In this document: positions 27,457-37,333 of the stretch, piece by piece
Layout of the letters: each line of letters begins with the position of its first letter
Position numbering within the stretch: position 1 is the first letter of the stretch
NCBI GenBank assembly: GCA_964345215.1
Contig: CAYFQH010000003.1
Span: forward strand, 4,324 to 68,323
Direction: 5' to 3'
DNA from: an uncultured Oscillospiraceae bacterium
GTDB taxonomy: Bacteria; Bacillota; Clostridia; Christensenellales; Aristaeellaceae
Length of the DNA: 64,000 bases
Made by a program: the position numbers and the translations under genes
Notes under the pieces: generated by a model
What the model was told of the DNA's origin: nothing
The model's input: the letters and a program-made list of their open reading frames with translations, nothing else
Databases searched by the model: none

Positions 27457-29802
27457 GTGATTCACTTTGAGAACAGGGTTTTTAAACTGCAAAGCCAAAA
27501 CACCAGCTACTGGTTTCAAATTGGCCCTTTTGGGCATTTGGAACATATTTACTATGGCCGAAAGCTGCCCCTTGATCAGCCCATCAAGCCCCTTGCCCTA
27601 AAAAGTACAGCTATGCTGGGCAGCAGTGTAATGTATGATAAAAGCAATGCCACATATTCCCTTGATAAAATTTGCCTGGAATGGGCAGGCATCGGCAAGG
27701 GGGACTACCGCAACCCCCCGGCAGAAATAAAAATGCCCGATGGCACCTACACGGCGGATTTTGTGTACCAAAGCCATCGAGTAGTAAAGGGGCCTGTGGC
27801 CATGGAGGGCTTGCCCGGTGCCTATGGGAAGGAGGAGGATTGCCAAACGTTGATTATTACACTGACGGATGAAAGCAATCAGGTAACCCTTCTTCTATAC
27901 TATGGGGTTTATGGTAAAACCGATGTGATTACCCGCCGTGCGGTGATTGAAAACGGTAATGAAAGGCCTCTGGTTATCCGCAAGCTGTTAAGCTTTAGCG
28001 TAGATATGGCTAATGACAATTATCACCTGGTTACCTTTAATGGGGGCTGGATTAAAGAAGGGCATAAGCAAATCGAAAAACTGGGCTATGGTATCAAGGT
28101 GAATGCTTCCACTACGGGGGACAGCAGCAACCGCCATAACCCCGGCTTTTTGCTGGCGGCCCGGGGAGCCAGCGAAAACCAAGGTAATGTATATGGCTTT
28201 AACCTGATATACAGCGGCAACCATTATGGGGCAGTAGAACTGAGCAACCATGATTTACTGCGGGTACAGCTGGGCATTAACCCCCACTGTTTTGAATGGG
28301 TGTTAAACCAAGGGGAGGCCTTCGAAACCCCCGAGGCTTTTATGACCTTCTCCCATCAAGGGTATAACGGCCTAAGCCACCATTTTCACGATTTTATAAA
28401 CAACCACCTTGTTCGGGGGGATTGGAAGGACAAAGAACGTCCGGTTCTTTTAAACAACTGGGAAGCCTTTTTTTTTGAATTTACCCAGGGAAAATTATTA
28501 AATCTTGCCCGCCGCGGCCAAAAGCTGGGGATGGAACTGTTTGTATTGGATGATGGCTGGTTTATTGGCCGAAACAGCGATAAGGCAGGGCTTGGAGATT
28601 ATGAAGTAAACCGTAAAAAGCTGCCCCGGGGGCTTAGGGGGTTTTCCAAGGAGATACATGATTTAGGGCTTCTCTTTGGCCTTTGGTTCGAGCCTGAAAT
28701 GGTGAATGAGGATAGCAATTTATACCGTGCTCACCCAGAATATGCCCTTCAAACCCCAGGCAAAAAACCGGCTCTGGGGCGTAACCAGCTGGTGTTGGAT
28801 TTATGCAACCCAGCAGTAAGGGATTACATAGTCGATAAGGTTACCCATATTTTAGACAGCTGCCAAATCGACTATGTAAAGTGGGATTATAACCGCCACA
28901 TCAGCGATGGCTGCTCTTTGGTGCTCCAAAACCAAGGGGAGTTTTTTCACCGATACATTTTGGGGCTATATGATGTCCTCAGCCGTATTTTTTTGCCCCG
29001 GCCTCATATTCTTTTTGAAAGCTGCTCCAGTGGCGGCAACCGTTTTGATCCGGGGATGCTTTGTTTTTCTCCCCAAATTTGGACTTCTGATGATACGGAT
29101 CCCATTGAGAGGCTGAGCATCCAAGGGGGCTTAAGCTATCTTTATCCCCCCTCTACCATGGGAGCACATGTGTCCGAGGCCCCGCATCAGCAAACCCTGC
29201 GGGACACACCCCTTAGTACCCGCTTTAATGTAGCGGCTTTTGGCTGTTTGGGCTATGAAATGGATGTAAAATACCTTACTAAAGTAGAAAAAAACGAAGT
29301 GAAAAGGCAAGTTGCCTTTTACAAGAAACATCGTAGAACCTTGCAGTATGGCCGCTTTTGGCGGGGTGAAACCTTTAAAGCCAACAAAGTGGTGTGGCAT
29401 AGTGTAGAACAAAACCAAAAGGAGGCCATCAGCGGATTTTTCCAAACCCAGGCTACCGCCAGCGAAGGCTTTGACCGCTTACGCCTTTTAGGTCTTAACC
29501 CGGGGAAAAAATATACCCTTAAAACCCGGCCCCAAAGCCTTTTTATTAAACGCTTTGGGGGGCTGGTAAAGCATATTTTACCCATTGCCCTAAACCCCCA
29601 GGGCCTGGTGTTGCGCACCGCCAATAAACGGTATGCCTTAACCGACTGTGTGGAGGAGTACGTGGCTTATGGGCAAACCCTTATGGAGGGTGTTCAGCTG
29701 AATAACCAGTTTGTGGGCAGCTACTATAATAATCAAACCCGCTTATTAGGGGATTTTGGCTCAAACCTGTACCTTGCCCGGGAAATGGGAGAAAACAACT
29801 AA
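27457..29802 (+). CDS. glycoside hydrolase family 36 alpha-galactosidase
   Basis: YVKWDYNR and CSSGGNRFD motifs. GTG start after AAGGAGGGG. Confidence 0.9.
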   Translation: MIHFENRVFKLQSQNTSYWFQIGPFGHLEHIYYGRKLPLDQPIKPLALKSTAMLGSSVMYDKSNATYSLDKICLEWAGIGKGDYRNPPAEIKMPDGTYTADFVYQSHRVVKGPVAMEGLPGAYGKEEDCQTLIITLTDESNQVTLLLYYGVYGKTDVITRRAVIENGNERPLVIRKLLSFSVDMANDNYHLVTFNGGWIKEGHKQIEKLGYGIKVNASTTGDSSNRHNPGFLLAARGASENQGNVYGFNLIYSGNHYGAVELSNHDLLRVQLGINPHCFEWVLNQGEAFETPEAFMTFSHQGYNGLSHHFHDFINNHLVRGDWKDKERPVLLNNWEAFFFEFTQGKLLNLARRGQKLGMELFVLDDGWFIGRNSDKAGLGDYEVNRKKLPRGLRGFSKEIHDLGLLFGLWFEPEMVNEDSNLYRAHPEYALQTPGKKPALGRNQLVLDLCNPAVRDYIVDKVTHILDSCQIDYVKWDYNRHISDGCSLVLQNQGEFFHRYILGLYDVLSRIFLPRPHILFESCSSGGNRFDPGMLCFSPQIWTSDDTDPIERLSIQGGLSYLYPPSTMGAHVSEAPHQQTLRDTPLSTRFNVAAFGCLGYEMDVKYLTKVEKNEVKRQVAFYKKHRRTLQYGRFWRGETFKANKVVWHSVEQNQKEAISGFFQTQATASEGFDRLRLLGLNPGKKYTLKTRPQSLFIKRFGGLVKHILPIALNPQGLVLRTANKRYALTDCVEEYVAYGQTLMEGVQLNNQFVGSYYNNQTRLLGDFGSNLYLAREMGENN

Positions 29803-29832
29803 ACAAAAAAAGAAAAAGGAAGGAATGGCCCT

Positions 29833-31209
29833 ATGGAAAAAAATTACGATAAGCGCAACCGCTTATGCTTTGGCCTTGGTACCATTGGCCGGGATATGTT
29901 TTACACCATGGTCAGTATGTTTTTAATGACCTATATTACCGAGGTCTTAATCGTGCCCGACCAAACCCTGATGATGCTTACCGGTGTCCTTACCGCCCTT
30001 CGTATTTTTGATGCTTTTAACGACCCTGTGATGGGGGTTTTGGTGGATAATACCCGCAGCCGCTTTGGCAAATTCAAACCGGGCATGGTTATTGGTGCTT
30101 TAGTAGGGGCGGCCTGTATGCTGCTGATGTTTTTTGATATGGGCTTAACCGGGGCACGCTACGCCGTGGTATTCGCCCTGTGTTATTTACTGTGGGATAT
30201 TTTTTATGGTCTAAACGACATTGCCTATTGGTCTATGCTTCCGGCTCTCTCAACAGACCAAACCCAAAGGGAAAAAATCGGTTCCTTTGCCCGCATTTGT
30301 GCCAATATCGGCATGTTTGCGGTGGTGGTTGGCATTTTGCCTGTTACCAACGCCATTGCCCAGGGCACCGGCAATTTAAAACAGGCCTGGTTCATTTTCG
30401 CTTTGGTTGTGGTGGCCCTTATGCTGGGTTTCCAGGCCATTACCTGGTTTGGGGTAAAGGAGAAAAAGGATTATTTTAAAGAGGAGGAGAAGACCTCCCT
30501 TAAAGAAATGATTGGTGTTTTGTTTAAAAACGATCAACTTTTGTGGGTGGCGGTATCCATGTCGCTGTTTATGATTGGCTATTCTATTACTACAAGCTTT
30601 GGGGTTCATTATTTTAAGTATATTTACGGCGATGAAAACATGTACTCTATTTTTGCAGCGGTGCTGGGGGTGTCTCAGCTTACGGCGCTTGGCCTTTTTA
30701 ACCAGGTACGTAAACCCTTTACCCGCCGTCAGCTTTACACCGGGGCCACGGTGCTGGTAGTGCTGGGTTATGTGCTCTTCTTTTTTTCGCCTATGAACAT
30801 GGTGTTCATCGGTATTGCCGGGATGCTTATTTTTGTAGGCCAAGCCTTCATACAAATGCTGATGCTCATGTTTTTGGCCGATACCATTGAATACGGCCAG
30901 TGGAAACTGGGTAAGCGCAACGAAAGTATTACTTTTTCCGTACAGCCTTTCATCAACAAAATCGGCGGGGCCATTGCCAATGGGGTACTGGGGGTTACCT
31001 TGGTACTTTCGGGGGTTAACAGCGCCAAATCAGCAGCCGAGGTAACAGCGCAGGGGGCTGCTACAGTGAAGGTATCTATGATGATTATTCCCCTCATTGC
31101 CATTATTTTAGGCTATGTGATTTACATGAAAAAATTCACCATCGATGAAAAGCGTTACGGTGAAATACTGGAGGACTTAAAACAGCGGGGAGACATTGCA
31201 AAGGAGTAG
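29833..31209 (+). CDS. glycoside-pentoside-hexuronide (GPH):cation symporter (MelB-like)
   Basis: DNTRSRFGKFKP signature; 12-TM pattern. Confidence 0.9.
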   Translation: MEKNYDKRNRLCFGLGTIGRDMFYTMVSMFLMTYITEVLIVPDQTLMMLTGVLTALRIFDAFNDPVMGVLVDNTRSRFGKFKPGMVIGALVGAACMLLMFFDMGLTGARYAVVFALCYLLWDIFYGLNDIAYWSMLPALSTDQTQREKIGSFARICANIGMFAVVVGILPVTNAIAQGTGNLKQAWFIFALVVVALMLGFQAITWFGVKEKKDYFKEEEKTSLKEMIGVLFKNDQLLWVAVSMSLFMIGYSITTSFGVHYFKYIYGDENMYSIFAAVLGVSQLTALGLFNQVRKPFTRRQLYTGATVLVVLGYVLFFFSPMNMVFIGIAGMLIFVGQAFIQMLMLMFLADTIEYGQWKLGKRNESITFSVQPFINKIGGAIANGVLGVTLVLSGVNSAKSAAEVTAQGAATVKVSMMIIPLIAIILGYVIYMKKFTIDEKRYGEILEDLKQRGDIAKE

Positions 31210-31300
31210 AAACAAGGTCCAGCTTGGTTGCTATCTTTTTGTTTTTATTATTTACAGAAGACCCTGGGGAAAAGATGAACTGCCCTGGGGCTTTTTTATG

Positions 31301-31329
31301 TTGACAAGAGAGGGAAACAGGAGTACACT
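31301..31329 (+). promoter_or_regulatory. promoter candidate for flavodoxin
   Basis: TTGACA, 17 nt, TACACT. Confidence 0.45.
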
Positions 31330-31333
31330 TTTA

Positions 31334-31355
31334 TTAGTTAGCTATAACTAACTAA
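31334..31355. promoter_or_regulatory. perfect 8-6-8 inverted repeat at the predicted transcription start (candidate operator)
   Basis: TTAGTTAG-CTATAA-CTAACTAA. Confidence 0.4.
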
Positions 31356-31380
31356 CGACTTTAATGAAGGGGGTTTTCCA

Positions 31381-31809
31381 ATGAAAAGCATTGCAATTAT
31401 TTATTGGAGCGGCACCGGCAACACCCAGGCCATGGCTGAAGCCATTGCCCAAGGCATAGAGGAGGAAGGAAAGAGCGCCGACTTAATGGAAGTAAGTGAA
31501 GCTGAAGGGAAGGATATAACAGCCTACCAGGGCGTTCTTTTAGGTTGCCCTTCCATGGGAGACGAGGTTCTGGAAGAAGGAGAATTTGAACCCTTCTATA
31601 CTGCCATTGAAAACGACCTTCAAAACAAACAGGTAGGACTTTTTGGCTCCTATGGCTGGGGAGACGGCCAGTGGATGAGAGATTGGGAGGAGCGGGCCAA
31701 AGAAGCCGGCCTTAAGGTATTTGAGGAAGGACTAATTGTTAACGAAACCCCCAATCAAAAAGATATAGACCAGTGTATGGCCTTTGGCAAACGTTTTGCG
31801 GGGTTATAA
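31381..31809 (+). CDS. short-chain flavodoxin
   Basis: IIYWSGTGNT FMN phosphate-binding loop. Confidence 0.9.
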   Translation: MKSIAIIYWSGTGNTQAMAEAIAQGIEEEGKSADLMEVSEAEGKDITAYQGVLLGCPSMGDEVLEEGEFEPFYTAIENDLQNKQVGLFGSYGWGDGQWMRDWEERAKEAGLKVFEEGLIVNETPNQKDIDQCMAFGKRFAGL

Positions 31810-31842
31810 AATTTAAATTGCCTTAGGCAATACGCATAATTA

Positions 31843-31876
31843 AAAAAGGTGCCGGCAGAATCCCGGCACCTTTTTT
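31843..31876 (+). terminator. rho-independent terminator
   Basis: GGTGCCGG-7 nt-CCGGCACC followed by TTTTTT. Confidence 0.85.
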
Positions 31877-31928
31877 ATGGAAAAATGCCCCTTTGAAAGA
31901 AAAATGGAACATGTTATAATGCTAAAGG

Positions 31929-32873
31929 GTGGTGAATAACTTGGTCGATATCCTTATGGCTACATACAATGGGGCCAAGCATATTAACAGGCAATTAAAC
32001 AGCCTGCTGGAGCAAACTTATCAAAACTGGCACCTGTGGGTGCAGGATGATGGTTCGGCTGATGGCACTGTTGATTTAATCAGGGCCTTTATCACCGCCC
32101 ATCCAGGAAAGGCAACTTTGGTTGAAAACCATCCCCACCCCAAAGGGGCCAGTACCAATTTTTTCAGTCTTCTTCATTTTGCACAAAGGCCCTATGTGTT
32201 TTTTTGTGACCAGGATGACTTATGGTACCCTGATAAAATCGAAAAAACCCTTTATATGCTAAAACAGGGAGAAAAAGAAAAGGGCAAAAACCTTCCCTTA
32301 CTCGTTCATACGGATCTGCGGGTGGTGGATGATAATATGGAAGAAATCGCCCCCTCTTTTATGGCCTATCAAAAATTACAGCAAAGGCCTGCTACTTTGC
32401 CCCAGCTTTTATGTCAAAATAATATTACCGGCTGTACCATGGCTGTAAACCGGGCTTTGGTTCAAAAAATGTATACAGGGGTCATCCCCCAGGGTATATT
32501 GATGCATGATTGGTGGCTGGGCATCGGTGCTGCGGCCTTCGGGCACATTTATTATCTGCCCCAAAGCACCATGGCCTATTGCCAGCATGGGGAAAACGAG
32601 GTAGGGGCGAAAAAAAGCCAACTGGTTATAAATACCCTTGAGGCCTTAGGGCAAAAAGAAACCATGAAGAAAAAGATTGAAAACACCTACCTGCAAGCCC
32701 AGGTATTTTATAAAATCTATGGGGAACTTTTACCGGCCCAAGCAGCCAAGATCATTTTGGACTATGGAAACCTTCCCCAACAGGGCAAATTGTACCGGAT
32801 GAAAAAAATCCTTTTCGGCCCTTATAAGAAGCAGGGCTTTTCCAGAGTTTTAGGGCAACTGGTATACTGCTAA
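31929..32873 (+). CDS. family 2 glycosyltransferase
   Basis: ILMATYNG, QDDGSADGT and CDQDD (DxD) motifs. GTG start. Confidence 0.85.
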   Translation: MVNNLVDILMATYNGAKHINRQLNSLLEQTYQNWHLWVQDDGSADGTVDLIRAFITAHPGKATLVENHPHPKGASTNFFSLLHFAQRPYVFFCDQDDLWYPDKIEKTLYMLKQGEKEKGKNLPLLVHTDLRVVDDNMEEIAPSFMAYQKLQQRPATLPQLLCQNNITGCTMAVNRALVQKMYTGVIPQGILMHDWWLGIGAAAFGHIYYLPQSTMAYCQHGENEVGAKKSQLVINTLEALGQKETMKKKIENTYLQAQVFYKIYGELLPAQAAKIILDYGNLPQQGKLYRMKKILFGPYKKQGFSRVLGQLVYC

Positions 32874-32901
32874 GGAACATTAAAAAGAGAGGAAGACAAT
32901 T

Positions 32902-33546
32902 GTGGCAAAACTTTATTTTCGCTACGGGGCCATGGGCTCCAGCAAAACAGCTAACGCCATTATGGTTGAATATAATTACCACGAGCGCAACCAACGGGTG
33001 CTGATGGTTAAGCCTCAGCTGGATACCAGGGATGGGGAGCACATGCTCCGCTCCAGAAGCGGCCTTGAAACCAAGTGCCGTTTTATGGAAGAAATGAATG
33101 ATATTAATATTAAAAAGTACGACTGTGTTATTGTAGATGAGGCTCAATTTTTAACGAAAGCCCAGGTGGAAAAACTGGTGAGTATTGTAGATGATGATAA
33201 TATTCCCGTCATTGCCTACGGCCTTCGGGCAGATTTTCAGGGCAATTTGTTTGAAGGCAGCCAGTGGCTTTTGGCTTGGGCCGATACCATTGAAGAGGTA
33301 AAAACCATTTGCTGGTGCGGTAAAAAAGCCATCTGCAACACAAGAGTTATTGACGGTAAGGCAGTAAAAGAGGGAGAGCAAATTGTTCTTGGAGGCAATG
33401 AGGCTTATGTAAGCCTGTGCCGCAAGCATTGGAAAGCCGGTGATTTAGGCTCTTTTGCGCCCTTTTACCACCATGGGAAAGATACCGGCAAACAATTAAA
33501 AAACAACTTTTCGCTGTGGGTTGACAAATCAGAGGGAAATGAGTAA
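32902..33546 (+). CDS. tdk: thymidine kinase (E. coli-type)
   Basis: Collinear with E. coli Tdk (MAKLYFRYGAMGSSKT ... VDEAQFL ... YGLRADFQG ... YVSLCRKHWK). GTG start. Confidence 0.9.
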   Translation: MAKLYFRYGAMGSSKTANAIMVEYNYHERNQRVLMVKPQLDTRDGEHMLRSRSGLETKCRFMEEMNDINIKKYDCVIVDEAQFLTKAQVEKLVSIVDDDNIPVIAYGLRADFQGNLFEGSQWLLAWADTIEEVKTICWCGKKAICNTRVIDGKAVKEGEQIVLGGNEAYVSLCRKHWKAGDLGSFAPFYHHGKDTGKQLKNNFSLWVDKSEGNE

Positions 33547-33579
33547 AATAAACCTCGACTGCATGGGTTTTGTGGACAT

Positions 33580-33653
33580 GCGGGTGTAACTCAATGGTAG
33601 AGTGCCAGCTTCCCAAGCTGGTTACGTGGGTTCGATTCCCATCACCCGCTCCA
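33580..33653 (+). tRNA. tRNA-Gly (anticodon CCC), CCA encoded
   Basis: Cloverleaf folded by hand: acceptor GCGGGTG/CACCCGC, anticodon stem CCAGC/GCTGG with loop TTCCCAA, T-arm GTGGG-TTCGATT-CCCAT. Confidence 0.95.
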
Positions 33654-33723
33654 ACCACACGGTTCATGCTGTTCTATTATAAAAAAACAATACTGCTTCA
33701 TTTTATTAAAGGAGGAACTTTCA

Positions 33724-34938
33724 ATGGGAAAGGCAAAATTTGAAAGAAATAAGCCACACGTAAACATTGGCACCATTGGTCACGTAGACCATGGTAAAAC
33801 CACTTTAACCGCAGCAATCACCATGGTGCTGGGGGTAAAGGGCGGAGCGCATGCAATGAAGTATGACGAAATTGACAAAGCGCCCGAAGAAAAAGCACGT
33901 GGAATCACGATCAATACATCCCACGTAGAGTATGAAACCGAAGCCCGTCACTATGCCCACGTAGACTGCCCAGGCCACGCCGACTATGTAAAAAACATGA
34001 TTACCGGCGCAGCCCAAATGGACGGCGCGATTTTGGTGGTATCTTCCCCCGACGGCCCCATGCCCCAAACCCGTGAACATATCTTGTTGGCCCGTCAGGT
34101 TGGTGTTCCTTACATCGTAGTGTTCATGAACAAAACCGATATGATGGATGATGAAGAATTATTGGAACTGGTTGAAATGGAAATTCGCGAACTGTTAAGC
34201 GAATACGATTTCCCCGGCGACGATACCCCCATCATCAAGGGTTCTGCCTTAAAAGCCTTGGAATATATACAGGGCGGCGGCACTGATGTAGAAAACGAAG
34301 CTTCCACCAAGCCCATCTTAGAGCTGATGGCCGCTGTTGACTCCTACATCCCTTCACCCGAAAGAGCTGTGGATCAACCCTTCCTCATGCCTGTAGAAGA
34401 CGTGTTCTCCATTACAGGCCGTGGTACCGTTGCAACCGGCCGTGTAGAACGTGGTTTGGTTAAAGTGAATGATACCGTAGAAATCGTTGGTTTAATGGAA
34501 AAAGCCCGCAGCGTAGTAATAACCGGGGTTGAAATGTTCCGTAAATTGTTAGACCAGGCTGAAGCCGGCGATAATATCGGCGTTCTTCTGCGGGGTGTAC
34601 AAAGAGACGACATTCAGCGCGGCCAGGTGTTGGCAAAACCCGGCACCATTAAACCCCACACCAACTTCATGGGCGAAGTATACGTGCTGACCAAAGATGA
34701 AGGCGGCCGTCATACCCCCTTCTTCAACGGCTATCGTCCTCAGTTCTACTTTAGAACAACCGACGTAACCGGCTCCATTAAAATGCCTGAAGGCGTTGAA
34801 ATGGTTATGCCTGGTGACAACATCCAAATGGAGATTGATTTAATCACTCCCATCGCCATTGAACAGGGCCTGCGTTTTGCTATTCGCGAAGGCGGGCGTA
34901 CTGTTGGCTCTGGTGTTGTAGCTAAAGTGATCGCTTAA
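33724..34938 (+). CDS. tuf: translation elongation factor Tu
   Basis: [22 protein letters not shown] motifs. Confidence 0.98.
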   Translation: MGKAKFERNKPHVNIGTIGHVDHGKTTLTAAITMVLGVKGGAHAMKYDEIDKAPEEKARGITINTSHVEYETEARHYAHVDCPGHADYVKNMITGAAQMDGAILVVSSPDGPMPQTREHILLARQVGVPYIVVFMNKTDMMDDEELLELVEMEIRELLSEYDFPGDDTPIIKGSALKALEYIQGGGTDVENEASTKPILELMAAVDSYIPSPERAVDQPFLMPVEDVFSITGRGTVATGRVERGLVKVNDTVEIVGLMEKARSVVITGVEMFRKLLDQAEAGDNIGVLLRGVQRDDIQRGQVLAKPGTIKPHTNFMGEVYVLTKDEGGRHTPFFNGYRPQFYFRTTDVTGSIKMPEGVEMVMPGDNIQMEIDLITPIAIEQGLRFAIREGGRTVGSGVVAKVIA

Positions 34939-34953
34939 GCAAAACTAAAAGTA

Positions 34954-34987
34954 AAACTGCCAGCAATAAGCGCTGGCAGTTTTTTTA
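34954..34987 (+). terminator. rho-independent terminator after tuf
   Basis: CTGCCAGC-loop-GCTGGCAG followed by TTTTTTT. Confidence 0.85.
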
Positions 34988-35205
34988 TGCGGATAAATGA
35001 AAACAGGCTAAAGCAAAAAGAAAACCCTATTCATTGTAAAAAAGGGGTTAAAAATGCAGAAGATAAAAAAACGCTGAAAAAGGAAAAATGGAACACTAGG
35101 ATGCGTGTTGATAAAAAAGAGAAAAGATACAGAATAAAGCCCCATAATCAAAGGGATGAAGAAAAAAGAAAAAGCAGAAAAAGTGAAAAAAATTTTAAAA
35201 AAAGC

Positions 35206-35234
35206 TTGCTTTTCGCCGCCCGCTCCGCTATACT
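35206..35234 (+). promoter_or_regulatory. S10 operon promoter candidate, preceded by a long A-rich UP-like tract
   Basis: TTGCTT, 17 nt, TATACT. About 200 nt of A-rich DNA lies upstream. Confidence 0.5.
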
Positions 35235-35391
35235 ATTGAAGCTGTCTGTTTAGGGATGAAATGATAAGTTGCCGTCTGGCCGGACGGGTAATTATCATGG
35301 ACTAGCCTGGAAATCAGGCGACGGACTTAAGGCGGGGAACTGCACCTGCGAGCAAGCCCCATGCACTTGAGACGAAAGAGGAGGTAAACCA
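35235..35391 (+). promoter_or_regulatory. structured 5' leader of the S10 (rpsJ) operon
   Basis: Long imperfect hairpin 35262-35297 (TGATAA..CCGTC / GACGG..TTATCA) and hairpin GCCTG-GAAAT-CAGGC (35305-35319). GC-rich compared with its flanks. Confidence 0.35.
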
Positions 35392-35700
35392 ATGGCCAAT
35401 CAAAAAATCAGAATCAAACTAAAGGCGTATGAGCACACGCTGATCGACCAGTCAGCCCAGCGTATTGTGGATACTGCCAAAAGAACCGGAGCAAAGGTAT
35501 CAGGGCCTATCCCACTGCCTACAGAAAAGGAAATTATTACCATTTTGCGCTCCCCCCACGTTAACAAAGATAGCCGTGAGCAGTTCGAAATGCGCACTCA
35601 TAAGCGCTTAATCGATATTCACAACCCGAATCCCCGTACGGTGGACGCCATGATGAAGCTTGATCTTCCTGCTGGTGTCGAAATTGAAATCAAGCTTTAA
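35392..35700 (+). CDS. rpsJ: 30S ribosomal protein S10
   Basis: Sequence and operon position. Confidence 0.98.
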   Translation: MANQKIRIKLKAYEHTLIDQSAQRIVDTAKRTGAKVSGPIPLPTEKEIITILRSPHVNKDSREQFEMRTHKRLIDIHNPNPRTVDAMMKLDLPAGVEIEIKL

Positions 35701-35719
35701 TTTGCAGGAGGTGTGAATC

Positions 35720-36361
35720 ATGAAAAAAGCGATTTTAGGTAAAAAGCTGGGCATGACGCAGATCTTTGCAGAAGATGGACGTTTAATCCCAGTAACAGTT
35801 ATTGAAGCGGGCCCTTGCACGGTCGTGCAAAAGAAAACCGCCGAAAAAGACGGCTACGAAGCCATTCAAGTTGGATTTGATTCCTTAACCGAAAACAGGG
35901 CAAAAAAACTGCTGACCAAACCCGAAGCAGGCCACCTTAAAAAGGCCGGTGTTGCTCCTGTACGTACATTAAAAGAATTCCGCTTAGACGACATTGCGCC
36001 ATATGAAGTGGGGCAGGAAATTAAAGCTGACATTTTTGTCCAGGGCGACAAAATCGACGTTTCCGGCATCAGCAAAGGCCACGGTTTTACTGGCGTTATT
36101 CAGCGCTGGAACCAAAGCACCGGCCCCATGAGCCACGGTTCTAAATACCACAGAGGTGTTGGCGCCATGGCAGCGGCAAGCTATCCTGGCCGCGTATTTA
36201 AAAACAAAAAAATGTCAGGCCACTACGGCGATGAAAAAGTAACTATTGCCAACCTGGAAGTTGTGCAGGTTGACAGTGAACGAAATTTATTGTTGGTAAA
36301 AGGTTCCGTACCCGGAAATAAAGGTGGATTGCTGTTTATCCGCAATTCACATAAGGCCTAA
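35720..36361 (+). CDS. rplC: 50S ribosomal protein L3
   Basis: Sequence and operon position. Confidence 0.98.
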   Translation: MKKAILGKKLGMTQIFAEDGRLIPVTVIEAGPCTVVQKKTAEKDGYEAIQVGFDSLTENRAKKLLTKPEAGHLKKAGVAPVRTLKEFRLDDIAPYEVGQEIKADIFVQGDKIDVSGISKGHGFTGVIQRWNQSTGPMSHGSKYHRGVGAMAAASYPGRVFKNKKMSGHYGDEKVTIANLEVVQVDSERNLLLVKGSVPGNKGGLLFIRNSHKA

Positions 36362-36387
36362 GCTTGCATAAGGAGGAAGACAGTACA

Positions 36388-37014
36388 ATGCCTAAAACAA
36401 CTCTATATAATATGGAAGGCAAGGCCCTTGGCGAAATTGAACTAAGTGAAGAAATTTTTGCTGCACCTATTAATGTGGGCGCAATGCATTTGGTTGTTCG
36501 CTCTATTCTTGCCAACAAACGCCAAGGGAACCAAAGCACCTTATCCCGCGGCGAAGTTCGCGGCGGCGGACGAAAAATTTATCGTCAAAAAGGAACAGGC
36601 AATGCCCGCCACCATGGCAACCGGGCGCCTCAGTTCCGTCACGGTGGAGTGGTATTCGCTCCCAAACCCAGAGATTATGTGGTCAACGTTCCCCGTAAAG
36701 TGCGCCGCCTTGCTTTTAAAAGCGCATTAACCTCTAAGCTTAACGCTGGAGAAATTATGGTAATTGATCAGCTGACTTTGGCAGAAGGCAAAACCCGTTT
36801 GATGGTTAAAGTATTAAAAGACCTGGAGGCGGCAAAAAACACCCTGATTGTTCTGGAAGACAAGAACGAAAACGTTCAGCGGGCTTCCGGCAACATCCAA
36901 GGTTTGAACTATGCCTATGCTAACACTTTAAACGTATACGACATCTTGCGCGCGGGCAAAATCATCTTTACCCAGGGCGCAACCAAAAACGTTGAGGAGG
37001 TATACGGACAATGA
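36388..37014 (+). CDS. rplD: 50S ribosomal protein L4
   Basis: Start at ATG 36388 after AGGAGG (MPKTTLYNMEG). Confidence 0.97.
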   Translation: MPKTTLYNMEGKALGEIELSEEIFAAPINVGAMHLVVRSILANKRQGNQSTLSRGEVRGGGRKIYRQKGTGNARHHGNRAPQFRHGGVVFAPKPRDYVVNVPRKVRRLAFKSALTSKLNAGEIMVIDQLTLAEGKTRLMVKVLKDLEAAKNTLIVLEDKNENVQRASGNIQGLNYAYANTLNVYDILRAGKIIFTQGATKNVEEVYGQ

Positions 37015-37316
37015 AAAACCCTCATGACGTGATTTTACGCCCTGTGCTGACTGAAAAAGCTTATGATGGCATTGCCGATAAACGCTATGTGTTTGAAGTA
37101 GCCGTTGGTGCCAACAAAACCGAAATCAAGTTAGCCCTTGAAGAAATCTTTAAAGAAGACGGCGTTAAAGTAGAAAGAGTAAACACCATGCGCACCTTAG
37201 GTAAAATTAAACGCCAAGGCCAACACCAGGGGCGCACACCAGAAATTAAAAAAGCCTATATTACCTTAAAGAAGGATTCTAAACCCATCCGTTTCTTTGA
37301 AGGCATGGCTGAATAA
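37011..37316 (+). CDS. rplW: 50S ribosomal protein L23
   Basis: Sequence and operon position. Confidence 0.97.
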   Translation: MKNPHDVILRPVLTEKAYDGIADKRYVFEVAVGANKTEIKLALEEIFKEDGVKVERVNTMRTLGKIKRQGQHQGRTPEIKKAYITLKKDSKPIRFFEGMAE

Positions 37317-37333
37317 AGCAGGGAGGACTTACC

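Noticed and set aside
31262-31296. Direct repeat CCCTGGGG ... CCCTGGGG followed by TTTTTT after the GPH symporter gene, considered as a terminator.
   Set aside because: The two copies are direct, not inverted, and only weak 3-4 bp pairings are possible. The operon end is probably here, but I cannot define a convincing hairpin.
34987-35253. 88-aa Lys/Arg-rich ORF between tuf and rpsJ.
   Set aside because: It has no RBS and starts inside the tuf terminator T-tract. It overlaps the S10 promoter, and its composition simply mirrors an A-rich upstream tract.
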